64,000 nt of DNA from Thermoanaerobaculia bacterium (GTDB taxonomy: Bacteria; Acidobacteriota; Thermoanaerobaculia; UBA5066). Both the position numbers and the translations under genes were made by a program. Positions 1-10,289 of this stretch are shown here, one piece after another. The stretch is from positions 2,400,001 to 2,464,000 of the forward strand of contig CAVRAY010000001.1 of NCBI GenBank assembly GCA_963719225.1, read 5' to 3'. The first letter of the stretch is position 1, and every line of letters starts with the position of its first letter. The notes beneath the pieces were generated by a model. It was not told the origin of the DNA. It saw only the letters and a program-made list of their open reading frames with translations, and made no database searches.

Positions 1-2
1 TC

Positions 3-1406
3 GCGATCGACCGCCCGTGGATTCCGCGCTTCGGGATCCGTTATCAGCTCGGCATCGACGGCCTTTCCCTCGCGCTCGTGCTCCTCACGACGGTGCTCAC
101 GGTCTCGGTCCTCCTCGTCTCGTGCGGGCAGGAGATCGAGAAGCTCAAGGGATACGTCGCCGCGTTCCTCCTCCTCGAAACGGGAATGCTGGGAAGCCTC
201 GTCGCCCTCGACACGCTCCTCTTCTACGTCTTCTGGGAAGTGATGCTCGTGCCGATGTACTTCATCATCGGCATCTGGGGCGGCAAGCGCCGGATCTACG
301 CCACGATGAAGTTCTTCCTCTTCACGATGGCGGGTTCGCTCCTGATGTTCGTCGCGATCCTCTACGCGGCGAACGTCCACCTTCGGGCGACCGGTTTCCA
401 GTCGTTCTCGCTCGCCGAGTGGACGCGCGCGGCGGCCTCCGGAGCCTGGAACCTGACCCCGGGAACCGAGGCGCTTCTCTTCGGCGCTTTCACCCTCGCC
501 TTCCTCGTCAAGGTGCCGCTCTGGCCGCTCCACACGTGGCTTCCGGATGCCCACGTCGAGGCCCCGACGGGGGGCTCGATCATCCTCGCGGGCGTCCTCC
601 TGAAGCTCGGCACGTACGGCCTCCTGCGCTTCGCGTATCCGCTCTTTCCGCACGCCGCGGCCCGATACGGGCCGGTTCTCGCCGTCCTCGCGCTCGTGGG
701 CATCGTCTACGGGGCGTGGGTCGCCGCGGCGCAGAAGGACATGAAAAAGCTCGTCGCGTACTCCAGCGTGAGCCACCTCGCACTCGTCGTGCTCGGCATC
801 GTGGCGGGCACGGGCGCCGCCCTTTCGGGCGCCGTCTTCCAGATGGTCGGCCACGGGCTCACGACCGGGCTGCTGTTCCTCCTCGTCGGCGTTCTGTACT
901 CCCGCCGGCACACGCGCGAGATGGCCGACTTCGGAGGCATCGCGGCGCGCGTTCCCGTGACGACGGCGCTCTTCCTGATCGCCACGCTCGGCTCCATCGG
1001 ACTTCCCGGCCTGAACGGATTCATCGGGGAATTCCTGATCCTCGGAGGCGTCTTCGAGGTGAAGGTCGCGTGGGCGGCGATCGCGGCGACAGGCATGATC
1101 CTCGGCGCGATCTACCTCCTGACGCTCGTCCAGAAGGTGTTCTGGGGTCCCGAGACCGTGCCCGCGAACCGCACGCTCACGGACATCAACGGCTGGGAGC
1201 TGGCGGGCGCATTTCCTCTCATCGTCCTCATCGTCCTCCTCGGCGTGTTCCCGAGACCGCTCCTCGCGCTCGTGGACGGCAGCGTGAGGACGCTCCAGCG
1301 CGTGAGCCCCCCTGCCGCGGCGCCCGCCGCCCGCCCCGCAGACAGCGAGTCCTTCAAGCGCCTCGCGGTGCGCGAGCTGCCGGCTCCGGAGGGAGCCGCC
1401 CGATGA
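3..1406 (+). CDS. nuoM: NADH-quinone oxidoreductase subunit M (5' truncated by window edge)
   Basis: Hydrophobic ORF with FYVFWEVMLVPMYFIIGIWGG, KVPLWPLHTWLPDAHVEAPT and KKLVAYSSVSH motifs. The frame is open from base 3 (WIPRFGIRYQLGIDGLS). Confidence 0.95.
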   Translation, partial: AIDRPWIPRFGIRYQLGIDGLSLALVLLTTVLTVSVLLVSCGQEIEKLKGYVAAFLLLETGMLGSLVALDTLLFYVFWEVMLVPMYFIIGIWGGKRRIYATMKFFLFTMAGSLLMFVAILYAANVHLRATGFQSFSLAEWTRAAASGAWNLTPGTEALLFGAFTLAFLVKVPLWPLHTWLPDAHVEAPTGGSIILAGVLLKLGTYGLLRFAYPLFPHAAARYGPVLAVLALVGIVYGAWVAAAQKDMKKLVAYSSVSHLALVVLGIVAGTGAALSGAVFQMVGHGLTTGLLFLLVGVLYSRRHTREMADFGGIAARVPVTTALFLIATLGSIGLPGLNGFIGEFLILGGVFEVKVAWAAIAATGMILGAIYLLTLVQKVFWGPETVPANRTLTDINGWELAGAFPLIVLIVLLGVFPRPLLALVDGSVRTLQRVSPPAAAPAARPADSESFKRLAVRELPAPEGAAR

Positions 1407-2863
1407 CCGGTTTTCTTCAGGTCACCGGCGCGGACCTCGCCTGTGTAGCGCCCGAGCTCGTCCTCGCTCTCTTCGCGTCGCTCATCCTTCTCCTCGACGC
1501 TTTCGCGCGGCCCCTCCGAGCGTACTTTCCCTACGTGACGCTCCTTGCGCTCGCGCTCGCGAACCTCGCCGGACGCGACGTGACGGGGACGTTCTTCGGG
1601 GGAGCCGTGGAATCCTCCGGCCTCTCGCGCTTCATCGAGCTCGCCGCGCTCGGAGCCGTTGCGCTCGCGGTGCTCGGCGGAGCGGCCGCGCTCGAGCGCG
1701 ACAAGCGCAACCAGGGAGAGTTCTACGCCCTCCTTCTCTTCTCGGCGGTCGGCCTGATCCTCATGGTGCGCGGCGTCGACCTCCTCGTCGTCTTTCTCGG
1801 CCTCGAGCTCATGTCGCTCGCGCTTTACGTCCTCGCCGCCTGGTACCAGGACGTCCCGGCCGCGACGGAAGCCGCGCTCAAGTACTTCCTCATGGGGGCC
1901 CTCGCGTCCGCGTTCCTCCTCTACGGCGTCGCGACGGTCTACGGCCGCCTGGGCACGACGCGCCTCACGAGGCTTCAGGGGATCGCCTCGGGCAATTCTC
2001 TCGTGCCGTTCGACGTCCTTCTCGCGGCGGGCCTGCTCGCGATCGTCGCGGCGCTCGCGTTCAAGATCGCCCTCGTGCCCTTTCACGGCTGGGCGCCCGA
2101 CGTCTACCAGGGCATGACGACGCCCGCCGTCACGTTCCTGTCGACCGCGCCGAAGGTCGGCGCGTTTCTCGTCCTCTTTCGAGTCCTCCACGCGCTGTTC
2201 CCGGTCTCGTTGCCGGACCCGTGGCGACCGCTCTTCTCGATCATCGCGGTGCTCTCGATCCTCTTCGGCAACATCGTGGCGCTGTCCCAGCGCGACCTCA
2301 AGCGGATGCTCGCCTACTCCGGCATCGCGCAGATGGGCTACGTGGCGATTGCCGTCGCGACGCTGACGCCGGAAGCTTTCGAGGGCGCGCTCGTTTTCCT
2401 GGCGGGGTACGTCGTCACGAACGCCGCCGCCTTCCTCGCCGTCGCGGCGCTCTCGGCGGGCGAGAAGGAGCCCCATCCCCTCGGCGACCTCGCGGGCCTC
2501 GGCCGGCGGCATCCCGTCGCGGCCTCCGCCCTGACCCTTTCGATGCTTTCCCTGGCGGGCCTGCCCCCCACGGTGGGATTCATCGGCAAGTTCCTCGTCT
2601 TCCGCGCGGCCGTCGACGCCGGTCTCGTGGGGCTCGCGTTGATCGGCGTCCTCGGAAGCCTGATCTCCGTCGGGTACTACCTCCGCGTCGTCTACGTGCT
2701 CTGGATGAAGGAGCCCGTTCGCGAGGTCTCGCTCGTGCCGGAGGACCTGCTCTCCGGAGCCGCCTTTCTCCTGACGGCGGCGCTCATGCTCGCCTGGGGC
2801 GTGTTCCCGCGCGCCCTTCTCGACGTCGCCCGCGGAGCCGCAGGCGCGTTTACGTGGAAATGA
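1403..2863 (+). CDS. nuoN: NADH-quinone oxidoreductase subunit N
   Basis: ATGA overlap with nuoM; LGLELMSL..Y, EAALKYF, FKIALVPFHGWAPDVYQG and KRMLAYSGIAQ motifs. Confidence 0.95.
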   Translation: MTGFLQVTGADLACVAPELVLALFASLILLLDAFARPLRAYFPYVTLLALALANLAGRDVTGTFFGGAVESSGLSRFIELAALGAVALAVLGGAAALERDKRNQGEFYALLLFSAVGLILMVRGVDLLVVFLGLELMSLALYVLAAWYQDVPAATEAALKYFLMGALASAFLLYGVATVYGRLGTTRLTRLQGIASGNSLVPFDVLLAAGLLAIVAALAFKIALVPFHGWAPDVYQGMTTPAVTFLSTAPKVGAFLVLFRVLHALFPVSLPDPWRPLFSIIAVLSILFGNIVALSQRDLKRMLAYSGIAQMGYVAIAVATLTPEAFEGALVFLAGYVVTNAAAFLAVAALSAGEKEPHPLGDLAGLGRRHPVAASALTLSMLSLAGLPPTVGFIGKFLVFRAAVDAGLVGLALIGVLGSLISVGYYLRVVYVLWMKEPVREVSLVPEDLLSGAAFLLTAALMLAWGVFPRALLDVARGAAGAFTWK

Positions 2864-2864
2864 C

Positions 2865-3515
2865 GTGAAGAGACCCGAGCCGCGGACCGAGCCCGTGCCC
2901 GAAGCGACGAGCCACCGCTTGTCCCTCTTGCTGCGATCGCTGCGCAGTCTCGAAGCGGCCGGTGTTCTCACGGCCTCGTCCTACGAGATCGCGGAGCGTT
3001 TTTCCCTCAACTCCGCGCAGATCCGCAAGGACCTCGCCCAGTTCGGAGAGTTCGGCGTGCGCGGCGTCGGATACCGCGTGCCCGTCCTCAAGGCGCACCT
3101 CAAGGCCCTCATGGGGCTCGAGGCCACGCACGTTCTGGGGATCGCCGGGGCCGGCAAGCTCGGCCAGGCCCTCGCCGACTCGCCGAACTTCAACGCGGAA
3201 GGCTTCCGGGTGGCCGCGCTCTTCGACGTCGACGGCCGCAAGGTCGGCGGGCGCTCGCGCGTGGGCATCCCCATTCACGACATCCAGCTGCTCGAAAGTT
3301 TCGTGAAAGAGCTGGGGATCGAGATCGGAATCCTCGCGATTCCGGCCGAAGGCGCTGTTCCGCTCGCGCAACGGATGGCCGGCGCGGGTGTCCGCGCGAT
3401 CCTGAACTTCGCGCCCGTGACGGTGCCCGCTCTTCCCGGCGTCCTCGTGAAGAACCTCGACCTCACGTTCTTTCTCGAGAACCTCTCGTTCCAGCTCGCG
3501 ATCGCCCGGAGCTAG
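2865..3515 (+). CDS. rex: Redox-sensing transcriptional repressor Rex
   Basis: SAQIRKDLAQFGEFGVRGVGY winged helix, GAGKLG Rossmann motif and AILNFAP. Confidence 0.93.
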   Translation: MKRPEPRTEPVPEATSHRLSLLLRSLRSLEAAGVLTASSYEIAERFSLNSAQIRKDLAQFGEFGVRGVGYRVPVLKAHLKALMGLEATHVLGIAGAGKLGQALADSPNFNAEGFRVAALFDVDGRKVGGRSRVGIPIHDIQLLESFVKELGIEIGILAIPAEGAVPLAQRMAGAGVRAILNFAPVTVPALPGVLVKNLDLTFFLENLSFQLAIARS

Positions 3516-3528
3516 CGCGCAGACCGCG

Positions 3529-6036
3529 TTACTCAGCCCAAAGCACGAGCCCGGTCTCGTTCGGGTGTGACAGCAGCGCGTGCCGGGGGCGCACGCGCAC
3601 CGAGTAGCCGCGCCGGTCGTCGTCGGGGCGCTGGACCGTACCCGCCCACGTCGCGGTGCCGTCGCGGCGCTCGACGAAATCGAGCGGCGTCGAATAGCCC
3701 GCGTCGACGCCTCCGCTGCGGTCCATCTCTCCTTCGAACCAGTCGACCGCGAGGTCGTCCGGTCCGAGCTCTCCGAGACGGAGCTGGACCTCGACGCGAA
3801 AAGTATGGCCCGGCGCGACGCGGGCCGGATCGGCCGGGTCGAGCGTCACGGACGTGAACTCCACGGCGTTCCAGGCGACACGCGTCCTGGCCTTCCAGGC
3901 GGCCAGCTCCTTCGCGCCCTTGTCAGAGTCTTCGGACAGGCGACGCACGCGCGCGGCCGCGGGCGCATACGAGGTCTCGAGGTAATCGCCGAGCATGCGG
4001 TCCGACGAGAACATCCGCCCGAGGCGGGAGGCGGCCGCGGCCATGCGCTCGACCCAGCCCGCAGGCATTTGCGAACGGTCGCCGCCGGGCCGGTCGTAGA
4101 AAAGCGGAATGACCTCGCTTTCGAGCTTCTCGTAGAGCTCGCTCGCGACGTCGTCGTCCGTGCGCCCGTCCGTGTCGTCACCCATGGTGAAACCCGCCCC
4201 GTCGCGCGGAGCCTCGTCCCACCAGCCGTCGAGGACGGACAGGTTGAGGACTCCGTTCATGGCAGCCTTCATGCCCGACGTGCCCGAGGCCTCGAACGGC
4301 CGGATCGGGTTGTTCAGCCAGACATCCGAGCCCGAGACGAGGAGGCGGGCGAGACGCATGTCGTAATCGTCGAGGAGGACGACGCGGCCGAGGAATTCCG
4401 GAAGCGTCGCGAACTCCCCCACCCGCCTGAGGAACTCCTTGCCCGGATCGTCCTTGGGGTGCGCCTTTCCTGCGAAGAGGATCTGAACCGGCCGGCGCGC
4501 GTCGCCCAGGAGCCGCGCGATGCGTTCGGGATCGTGAAAGATCAGCGTCGCACGCTTGTACGTCGCGAAGCGCCGGGCGAAGCCGATCGTGAGGGCCGAC
4601 GGGTCGAGGAGATGCCACGCGCCCTCGATCTCGACGTCCGGCGCGCCCCGCCGCTGACGCGCGACCGCGGTCCGCGACCGCACGGCGTGGACGAGCGCCG
4701 CCCGGAGCCCTTCGTGACGGCGCCAGAGCTCCGCGCGGTCCGCGCCCTCCTCGCGCCGGGGGTCGAGAGCGGTGATCGCGGGCGCGGTCCACGTGTCCGG
4801 ATGGACTCCGTTCGTGACGGCGGCGATGGGAATCTCCGACAGCGGCGCCTCCGGGAAAACGCCGCGCCACAGTCGGCGCGACACGTGCGCATGTAGTTTC
4901 GAGACGCCGTTCACGTGAGTCGACAGGCGCAGCCCGAGCACGGCCATCGAGAAGAACTCGTGAGGGTCCTCGGGAACCTGTCGCCCCAGCCCGAGGAGCT
5001 CCTCGAACGAGAAGCCGTACGCCTCGACCTTTCCCGCGAAGTATTTCTTCATGAGCTCGTGCGGAAAGAGGTCGATCCCCGCGGCGACGGGCGTGTGCGT
5101 CGTGAAGACGTTTCCCGCCATCGCGATCTCGCGCGCCTCGGCGAACGACAGGCCTCTCTCGGCCCGAAGCTGGCGGATCCGTTCGAGCCCGAGAAACGCG
5201 GCATGGCCCTCGTTCGCGTGCCGCACGGTGGGCCTCAGGCCGGCGAGATCGAGCGCCCGCATGCCTCCGATGCCGAGCGCCAGCTCCTGGCGGATTCGCA
5301 TCTCCTTGTCGCCTCCGTAGAGGCGGTTCGTGATTTCGCGGTCGCTCGGCCGATTCACCGGGAGGTGCGAGTCGAGGAGCAGGAGCACCGTCCGCCCCAC
5401 GCGCACGCGGCGGACGAGGAGATGAACGTCCCGTTCGCCGACGCGGACGCTCACGATCGGCGCGACGCCCGCCGGCGTCGGAAGGATGTCGGCCGGAAGG
5501 TCGTGCGGATCGGCGATCGGGTAGGTCTCCTTCTGCCGCGCGTCCGCCGTCAGCGTCTGGCGGAAGAAGCCCTCGCGGTAGAAGAGTCCGACTCCCACGA
5601 GCGGAACCCCGATGTCGCTCCCGGACTTGAGGTGGTCGCCGGCGAGCACGCCGAGGCCGCCCGAATAGATCGGCAGGATTTCCGTGAGTCCGAACTCCGC
5701 GCAGAAATACGCGATGCGATCGCCGGACGCCGCGAGAGCCGCGGCGGTCGCGTGCCGCGGAGGCGACGCGTCTTCCGCGTCGAGAGCCCGTGCGACCGCC
5801 AGAACACGCCCGACGTACTGGTCGTCGGAGGCCAGGGCCGAAAGCCGCGCCGGATCGGTGGTCCTCAGGGTCACGACGGGGTTTCCGCCTCGCTCCCACT
5901 CCTCGGGATCGAGGTCCCGGAAGAGAGCCCGCACGTCCTCCCGCCAGGCGAAGCGAAGGTCGCGCGAGATCGCCGAGAGCGGGGCAAGCCGGTCGGGAAG
6001 CGCCGGAGCGAGCCGATAGGTACCGAGGGGTCGCAT
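3529..6036 (-). CDS. glgP: Alpha-glucan (glycogen/starch) phosphorylase
   Basis: YSGGLGVLAGDHLK, NEGHAAF, FARRFATYKRA and the PLP motif EASGTSGMKAAMNG. Confidence 0.95.
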   Translation of the reverse strand: MRPLGTYRLAPALPDRLAPLSAISRDLRFAWREDVRALFRDLDPEEWERGGNPVVTLRTTDPARLSALASDDQYVGRVLAVARALDAEDASPPRHATAAALAASGDRIAYFCAEFGLTEILPIYSGGLGVLAGDHLKSGSDIGVPLVGVGLFYREGFFRQTLTADARQKETYPIADPHDLPADILPTPAGVAPIVSVRVGERDVHLLVRRVRVGRTVLLLLDSHLPVNRPSDREITNRLYGGDKEMRIRQELALGIGGMRALDLAGLRPTVRHANEGHAAFLGLERIRQLRAERGLSFAEAREIAMAGNVFTTHTPVAAGIDLFPHELMKKYFAGKVEAYGFSFEELLGLGRQVPEDPHEFFSMAVLGLRLSTHVNGVSKLHAHVSRRLWRGVFPEAPLSEIPIAAVTNGVHPDTWTAPAITALDPRREEGADRAELWRRHEGLRAALVHAVRSRTAVARQRRGAPDVEIEGAWHLLDPSALTIGFARRFATYKRATLIFHDPERIARLLGDARRPVQILFAGKAHPKDDPGKEFLRRVGEFATLPEFLGRVVLLDDYDMRLARLLVSGSDVWLNNPIRPFEASGTSGMKAAMNGVLNLSVLDGWWDEAPRDGAGFTMGDDTDGRTDDDVASELYEKLESEVIPLFYDRPGGDRSQMPAGWVERMAAAASRLGRMFSSDRMLGDYLETSYAPAAARVRRLSEDSDKGAKELAAWKARTRVAWNAVEFTSVTLDPADPARVAPGHTFRVEVQLRLGELGPDDLAVDWFEGEMDRSGGVDAGYSTPLDFVERRDGTATWAGTVQRPDDDRRGYSVRVRPRHALLSHPNETGLVLWAE

Positions 6037-6061
6037 GGGGAGGGGGGAGGATAGCCGATCG

Positions 6062-6580
6062 TCAGGGATTCATGCGCCTCACGGTCTTCACGTCGGCGAA
6101 CCGCTCCGCGACGTGCGGGTCGTAGGGGCGCGCCGCGGAGGCATCGCGGACCCCCCGGTACTCGGTGTTGCATCGATAACAGATGACGATCGGCGCGACG
6201 CGCCGCGCGAGAACGAGATCGACCGCCGCCACGGCCAGCAGCACCGGCACGAACCAGATCCCGCCGAAGCGCCATGACACGGCGAGGGCGACCGCCGCGC
6301 CCGCGGCGAGGATCGCGCAGCCGAGGCGCTGGTCGAAATCCTTCTGGGAGAAGAGAGCGGTGGAAGAACAGCGAGAGCAGACGTCCACCCTCTCTCCGCC
6401 TCGAACGGCGTGCGAGTGGGAAAAGGCGATAGAAGAATGCTTAGAAGGACAAGAGACGGAACCCATAGGCGCGTCGGGGGGCGCGGGCAGCTCGATGCGG
6501 GCGAAGCATTCCGAGCAATAAACGGACACGCGCACCTGGTGAGGATACGTGCGCCGCCCCACTGTGCCTCCCTCTCTCAT
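6062..6580 (-). CDS. Hypothetical membrane protein with several CxxC motifs
   Basis: CSEC, CSRC and CYRC motifs flank two hydrophobic segments. The start is uncertain. Confidence 0.7.
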   Translation of the reverse strand: MREGGTVGRRTYPHQVRVSVYCSECFARIELPAPPDAPMGSVSCPSKHSSIAFSHSHAVRGGERVDVCSRCSSTALFSQKDFDQRLGCAILAAGAAVALAVSWRFGGIWFVPVLLAVAAVDLVLARRVAPIVICYRCNTEYRGVRDASAARPYDPHVAERFADVKTVRRMNP

Positions 6581-6635
6581 TCACCTTCTAAGAAAATCTT
6601 CTCTTCGATCCCCTCCCTTCTTCTCTTTCTAAGAA
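6438..6635. repeat. TTCTAAGNA motif cluster: left site 6438 (TGCTTAGAA), right sites 6586 and 6627 (TTCTAAGAA)
   Basis: Read directly. Spacings are 148, 189 and 41 bp; the right sites lie in a polypyrimidine tract. Confidence 0.85.
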
Positions 6636-6686
6636 GATCTTCTTTTCTTTCTTCTCCTTCTCTCTGTCTCTTACCATGCGCAGCTC

Positions 6687-7874
6687 ATGGCCATCCGCCC
6701 GATAGACCGCCGCGCCCTCGGCTGGCTCGCCGCCGCCCACGTCGTCAACGACATGAACCAGGGCGCCGTGCCGGCGCTGCTGCCGTTTCTCATCGCCGAG
6801 CGCGGCCTGACGTACGCGGCGGCGGGAGGTGTGGTCCTCGCGGCGACTCTGCTGTCGTCGCTCGTCCAGCCCGTGCTCGGCCACCTCTCCGACCGGCGGC
6901 CGCTGCCCTTCCTCATGCCGCTCGCGGTCCTTGCCGCGGGCTGCGGCCTCGCGCTCGCGGGCGCCGTGACGGGCTACGGCGCGACGATCGCCGCGATCCT
7001 TCTCTCGGGCGCGGGCGTTGCCGCCTTCCATCCCGAGAGCGCGCGCTACGCGAACTACGCCTCGGGCGAGCGTCGGGCCACCGGAATGAGCGTCTTTTCC
7101 GTGGGTGGCAATCTCGGAATCGCGCTCGGGCCGGTCGCGATCGCTCTTCTCGCGGGGTCGGGAGGCGTCGCGCGCATCGTCTGGATGGCTGTTCCGGCGG
7201 GCATCATGGCGGCGCTCCTCGCGCGTGAGCTGCCGCGCCTGCGCGTCCTGCGACCCGAAACCTCGCGCTCGCGCGCCCGCGACGACGCGGCGGCCCCGCG
7301 ATGGGGAGCCTTCACCCGGCTCTCCGTCGTGATCGCGGTTCGCTCGCTCTTCGCCTTCGGGCTCGTTTCGTTCGTCCCTCTCTATCTCGTGAAGGTCCGC
7401 GGGATTCCAAAAGAACGGGCCGCTCTCGCCGTGACCGCGATGCTTCTCGCCGGCGCCGTCGCGACGCTGGCGGGAGGCCGCCTCGCGGACCGCTTTGGGC
7501 GCCGCGCGGTCCTCGTCGGCGCGCTCTTGCCGCTGGCTCCGCTCCTCGCCCTTTTTCTCCGTGCCCCGGGGATTGCCGGTCTCGCGATTCTCGTGCTCAT
7601 CGGCGCAGGCACCGTGGCGACGTACAGCGTGGCCGTCGTGATGGGACAGGAGTACCTGCCGGGCCGCGAAGGCATCGCCGGGGGCGTCACGATGGGGCTC
7701 GCGATCGGCGTCGGAGGCGCGGGAGTTCCGCTTCTCGGAGCGCTCGCCGATCATCAGGGCGTCGCTTCGGTCTTCCCCGTTCTGGCGGCCCTGCCCCTCG
7801 TCGCCGCGGCGCTCTCGCTCACGCTCCCGGGGCCGCAGCCTGCGCTCAAACGGGAAGTCCCGAACGCCGCGTGA
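6687..7874 (+). CDS. MFS transporter, Fsr (fosmidomycin resistance)-like
   Basis: HVVNDMNQG, VQPVLGHLSDR, AAFHPE and GGRLADRFGRR motifs with a 12-TM pattern. Confidence 0.88.
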   Translation: MAIRPIDRRALGWLAAAHVVNDMNQGAVPALLPFLIAERGLTYAAAGGVVLAATLLSSLVQPVLGHLSDRRPLPFLMPLAVLAAGCGLALAGAVTGYGATIAAILLSGAGVAAFHPESARYANYASGERRATGMSVFSVGGNLGIALGPVAIALLAGSGGVARIVWMAVPAGIMAALLARELPRLRVLRPETSRSRARDDAAAPRWGAFTRLSVVIAVRSLFAFGLVSFVPLYLVKVRGIPKERAALAVTAMLLAGAVATLAGGRLADRFGRRAVLVGALLPLAPLLALFLRAPGIAGLAILVLIGAGTVATYSVAVVMGQEYLPGREGIAGGVTMGLAIGVGGAGVPLLGALADHQGVASVFPVLAALPLVAAALSLTLPGPQPALKREVPNAA

Positions 7875-8730
7875 GGTACGCGGCGAGGAGCTCGCCGACG
7901 AGGACGAACACGAGCCCCACGTAGAGGAGGCCCGTCGCCGCCTGATTCGACTTCATGCGCGCGGTCCTCACGACGAAAGGCGCGAGGACGAGCGGCGCGA
8001 GGAGTCCCCAGGTCACGCGCGACCAGAAGAAGAAACCGTCCCGCATGGGGTCGACCAGGCTCGCGAAGGCTTCGTTCGCCGGGCCTGCGTGAAGGCGCGC
8101 GGCCCAGCCGAGCGCGAGGAGCGCGAAGGCCACCCGCGCGAGCACCAGGAGAGCGAAGACCTCGGTTGCGCGCACGAGGAGGCCGAACGGCAACGACGTC
8201 GAGACGAGGTACCAGTGTCCGAGGTTCATGGCCCAGACGACGGCGCCGAAGAGCAGCGCGCCGAGGAGAAGCCCGGTGGCGAGCCACACGGGCCCGAGGC
8301 CGGGGAGGGAAACGAACGGCTCCACCCACACGCGCGAGAGCAGAAGGGCGAGGGACGAGAGAACGGAGACGAAGAGAAGATTCTTAGAAAGGGTAAGAGA
8401 GCGGGCGGAACGCAGGCGCGCGCAAAGCGTCGCCGCGCCAGCGGTCAGAACGGCCGCGAGGAGAAGGGATCTCGGCGCGAGCATCATCGAAAGCGCGCCG
8501 CCGTCTCGCGCTGCGCCGCCCGCGGCAGCGGCGCCGGCCTCACTCCCCCTTCTAAGAAGAAAACCACCTCTACCCGAAACGAGCCATGACAGGGAGAGGC
8601 ACGCCGTGACGATTCCGCCGTGCAAAGCGAAGAATCCCCCCGAGAGATCCTTCGAGGACGACAGAAGGGTGCATGCGGCCAGCCCCGCCGCGAGCTGCAG
8701 CAGCACCAGCGCGAGGACGTCGGCGACCAC
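7846..8730 (-). CDS. Hypothetical multi-pass membrane protein
   Basis: About 8 TM segments with AMNLGHWYLV and KSNQAATGLLY motifs. GTG start at 8730 chosen because TACACT lies 6 nt upstream. Confidence 0.75.
   Translation of the reverse strand: MVADVLALVLLQLAAGLAACTLLSSSKDLSGGFFALHGGIVTACLSLSWLVSGRGGFLLRRGSEAGAAAAGGAARDGGALSMMLAPRSLLLAAVLTAGAATLCARLRSARSLTLSKNLLFVSVLSSLALLLSRVWVEPFVSLPGLGPVWLATGLLLGALLFGAVVWAMNLGHWYLVSTSLPFGLLVRATEVFALLVLARVAFALLALGWAARLHAGPANEAFASLVDPMRDGFFFWSRVTWGLLAPLVLAPFVVRTARMKSNQAATGLLYVGLVFVLVGELLAAYLTRRSGLPV
8381..8558. repeat. Inverted motif pair TTCTTAGAA (8381) / TTCTAAGAA (8550), 169 bp apart
   Basis: Read directly; both sites are inside the CDS. Confidence 0.85.
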
Positions 8731-8767
8731 GCGCGCAGTGTAGCGGCTGTTGCGGTGGAGCGAATCG

Positions 8768-9532
8768 TCAGGCGGGGCTGACGGCCGGCGGATTCTCGGC
8801 GGGACCTTCGAGCGCCTGTCTCTTCGCTCTCGCCACGAGCTCGGCGCGGCTCGAGTCGTTCGGCCGGTCGTCCGAGATGCGGCCATCGCGGATCCGGATG
8901 ATGCGCCGCGCGTGAGCCGCGATGTCCTCCTCGTGGGTCACGACGATGATCGCGTTTCCCTGCTCGTTCAGCTCCCGGAAGAGGCGCATGATCTCCTCTC
9001 CCGTCTCCGAATCGAGATTTCCGGTCGGCTCGTCCCCGAGGAGGAGCGACGGGCCGGTCACGAGAGCGCGCGCGATCGCGACACGCTGCCTTTGGCCGCC
9101 CGAGAGCTCGTTCGGCTTGTGATGCGCGCGATCGGAGAGACCGACGTGGGCGAGCGCTTTCTCCGCGCGGTCGCGGCGCTCTTTCTTCGAGACGCCCGAG
9201 TAAACGAGCGGCAGCTCCACCTGGGCGAGCGCGCTCGTGCGAGCCAGGAGATTGAACGTCTGGAAGACGAACCCGATCTCCCGGTTGCGGATGCGAGCGA
9301 GCCCGTCGTCGGTCATCTCCTGCACCGGCGCCCCGTTCAGCCTGTAAATGCCGCCCGTGGGCGTGTCGAGACACCCGATCAGGTTCATGAGCGTGGACTT
9401 GCCGGATCCCGACGGGCCCATGATCGCGACGTACTCGCCGCGGTCGATCGAGAACGTGACGCCCCGCAGCGCGCGCACCTTCTCCTCGCCCACCGTGTAC
9501 GTCTTCTCGATGTCGACCATCTCGATCAGCAT
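8768..9532 (-). CDS. ABC transporter ATP-binding protein (MacB/LolD-type ATPase)
   Basis: [32 protein letters not shown] and VTHE. Confidence 0.93.
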   Translation of the reverse strand: MLIEMVDIEKTYTVGEEKVRALRGVTFSIDRGEYVAIMGPSGSGKSTLMNLIGCLDTPTGGIYRLNGAPVQEMTDDGLARIRNREIGFVFQTFNLLARTSALAQVELPLVYSGVSKKERRDRAEKALAHVGLSDRAHHKPNELSGGQRQRVAIARALVTGPSLLLGDEPTGNLDSETGEEIMRLFRELNEQGNAIIVVTHEEDIAAHARRIIRIRDGRISDDRPNDSSRAELVARAKRQALEGPAENPPAVSPA

Positions 9533-9539
9533 GGCCGCC

Positions 9540-10289
9540 TCAGCCGAACACCGCGCGCCACCCGACCTTGCCGATCACGTAGACGAGCCAGAGAACGATC
9601 GGCGTCGCCGTGGCGGCGCCCTTCGAGAGGCCCGGGAGGCGGCGGAAGCCGAGCACGAGAAGGGTGAGCGCATACAGCGAAAAGACGTCGAGCGACCCGG
9701 CGAGCGCGAGGAGCGGAGCCGGCGTGGAGGGGTCCAGGAATGCACCCACGTTCGACTTGACGACCTGGGCGATCCCCTCCTGCGTCAAGGAGGCGTCGGG
9801 AAGCTGCAGAAAAATGGGAATTGCGACGAGCGCCCCGACGAGGTTCGGGAGGTACGCGTGACCCCAGATCGAAAGCAGCTGCGTGTAACGCGCGTCGGCC
9901 CCCATCGCCTTTGCCGAACCCCAGAGGACGAGGCCCGGCAAAAAGAAGAAGATCGCGCTTCCCGCGAGGGCGAAGCCGAAGAACAGCGGCATCATCTTCT
10001 TGGACACTTCCACCTGCCGGTTGATGGCCTCGGGTGGGATCGTCCGTCCGCTCTTCTCGGCCCGCTTCTCGATGGACTCGCGAATCGTGCGGTCCATGTC
10101 CATCTTGGGAGCCACGACGAGCCACGAAACCGTGGTGGCCGCGAGGATCAGAACGAGAGGCAGCCACCAGGTCGGCCGTGCGACGAGCCGCCGAAAGGTC
10201 TCGGAGGGACGCGAAAACGTACCGACGACCGCGGAGACGGGCGAGATCGGGGCCTCGGCCGGGGGAATAGCCGGGGACGCTGCGCTCAC
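9540..10289 (-). CDS. Yip1 family membrane protein
   Basis: [19 protein letters not shown] start and a 5-TM pattern. The GTG start overlaps the tolC-family stop. Confidence 0.8.
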   Translation of the reverse strand: MSAASPAIPPAEAPISPVSAVVGTFSRPSETFRRLVARPTWWLPLVLILAATTVSWLVVAPKMDMDRTIRESIEKRAEKSGRTIPPEAINRQVEVSKKMMPLFFGFALAGSAIFFFLPGLVLWGSAKAMGADARYTQLLSIWGHAYLPNLVGALVAIPIFLQLPDASLTQEGIAQVVKSNVGAFLDPSTPAPLLALAGSLDVFSLYALTLLVLGFRRLPGLSKGAATATPIVLWLVYVIGKVGWRAVFG

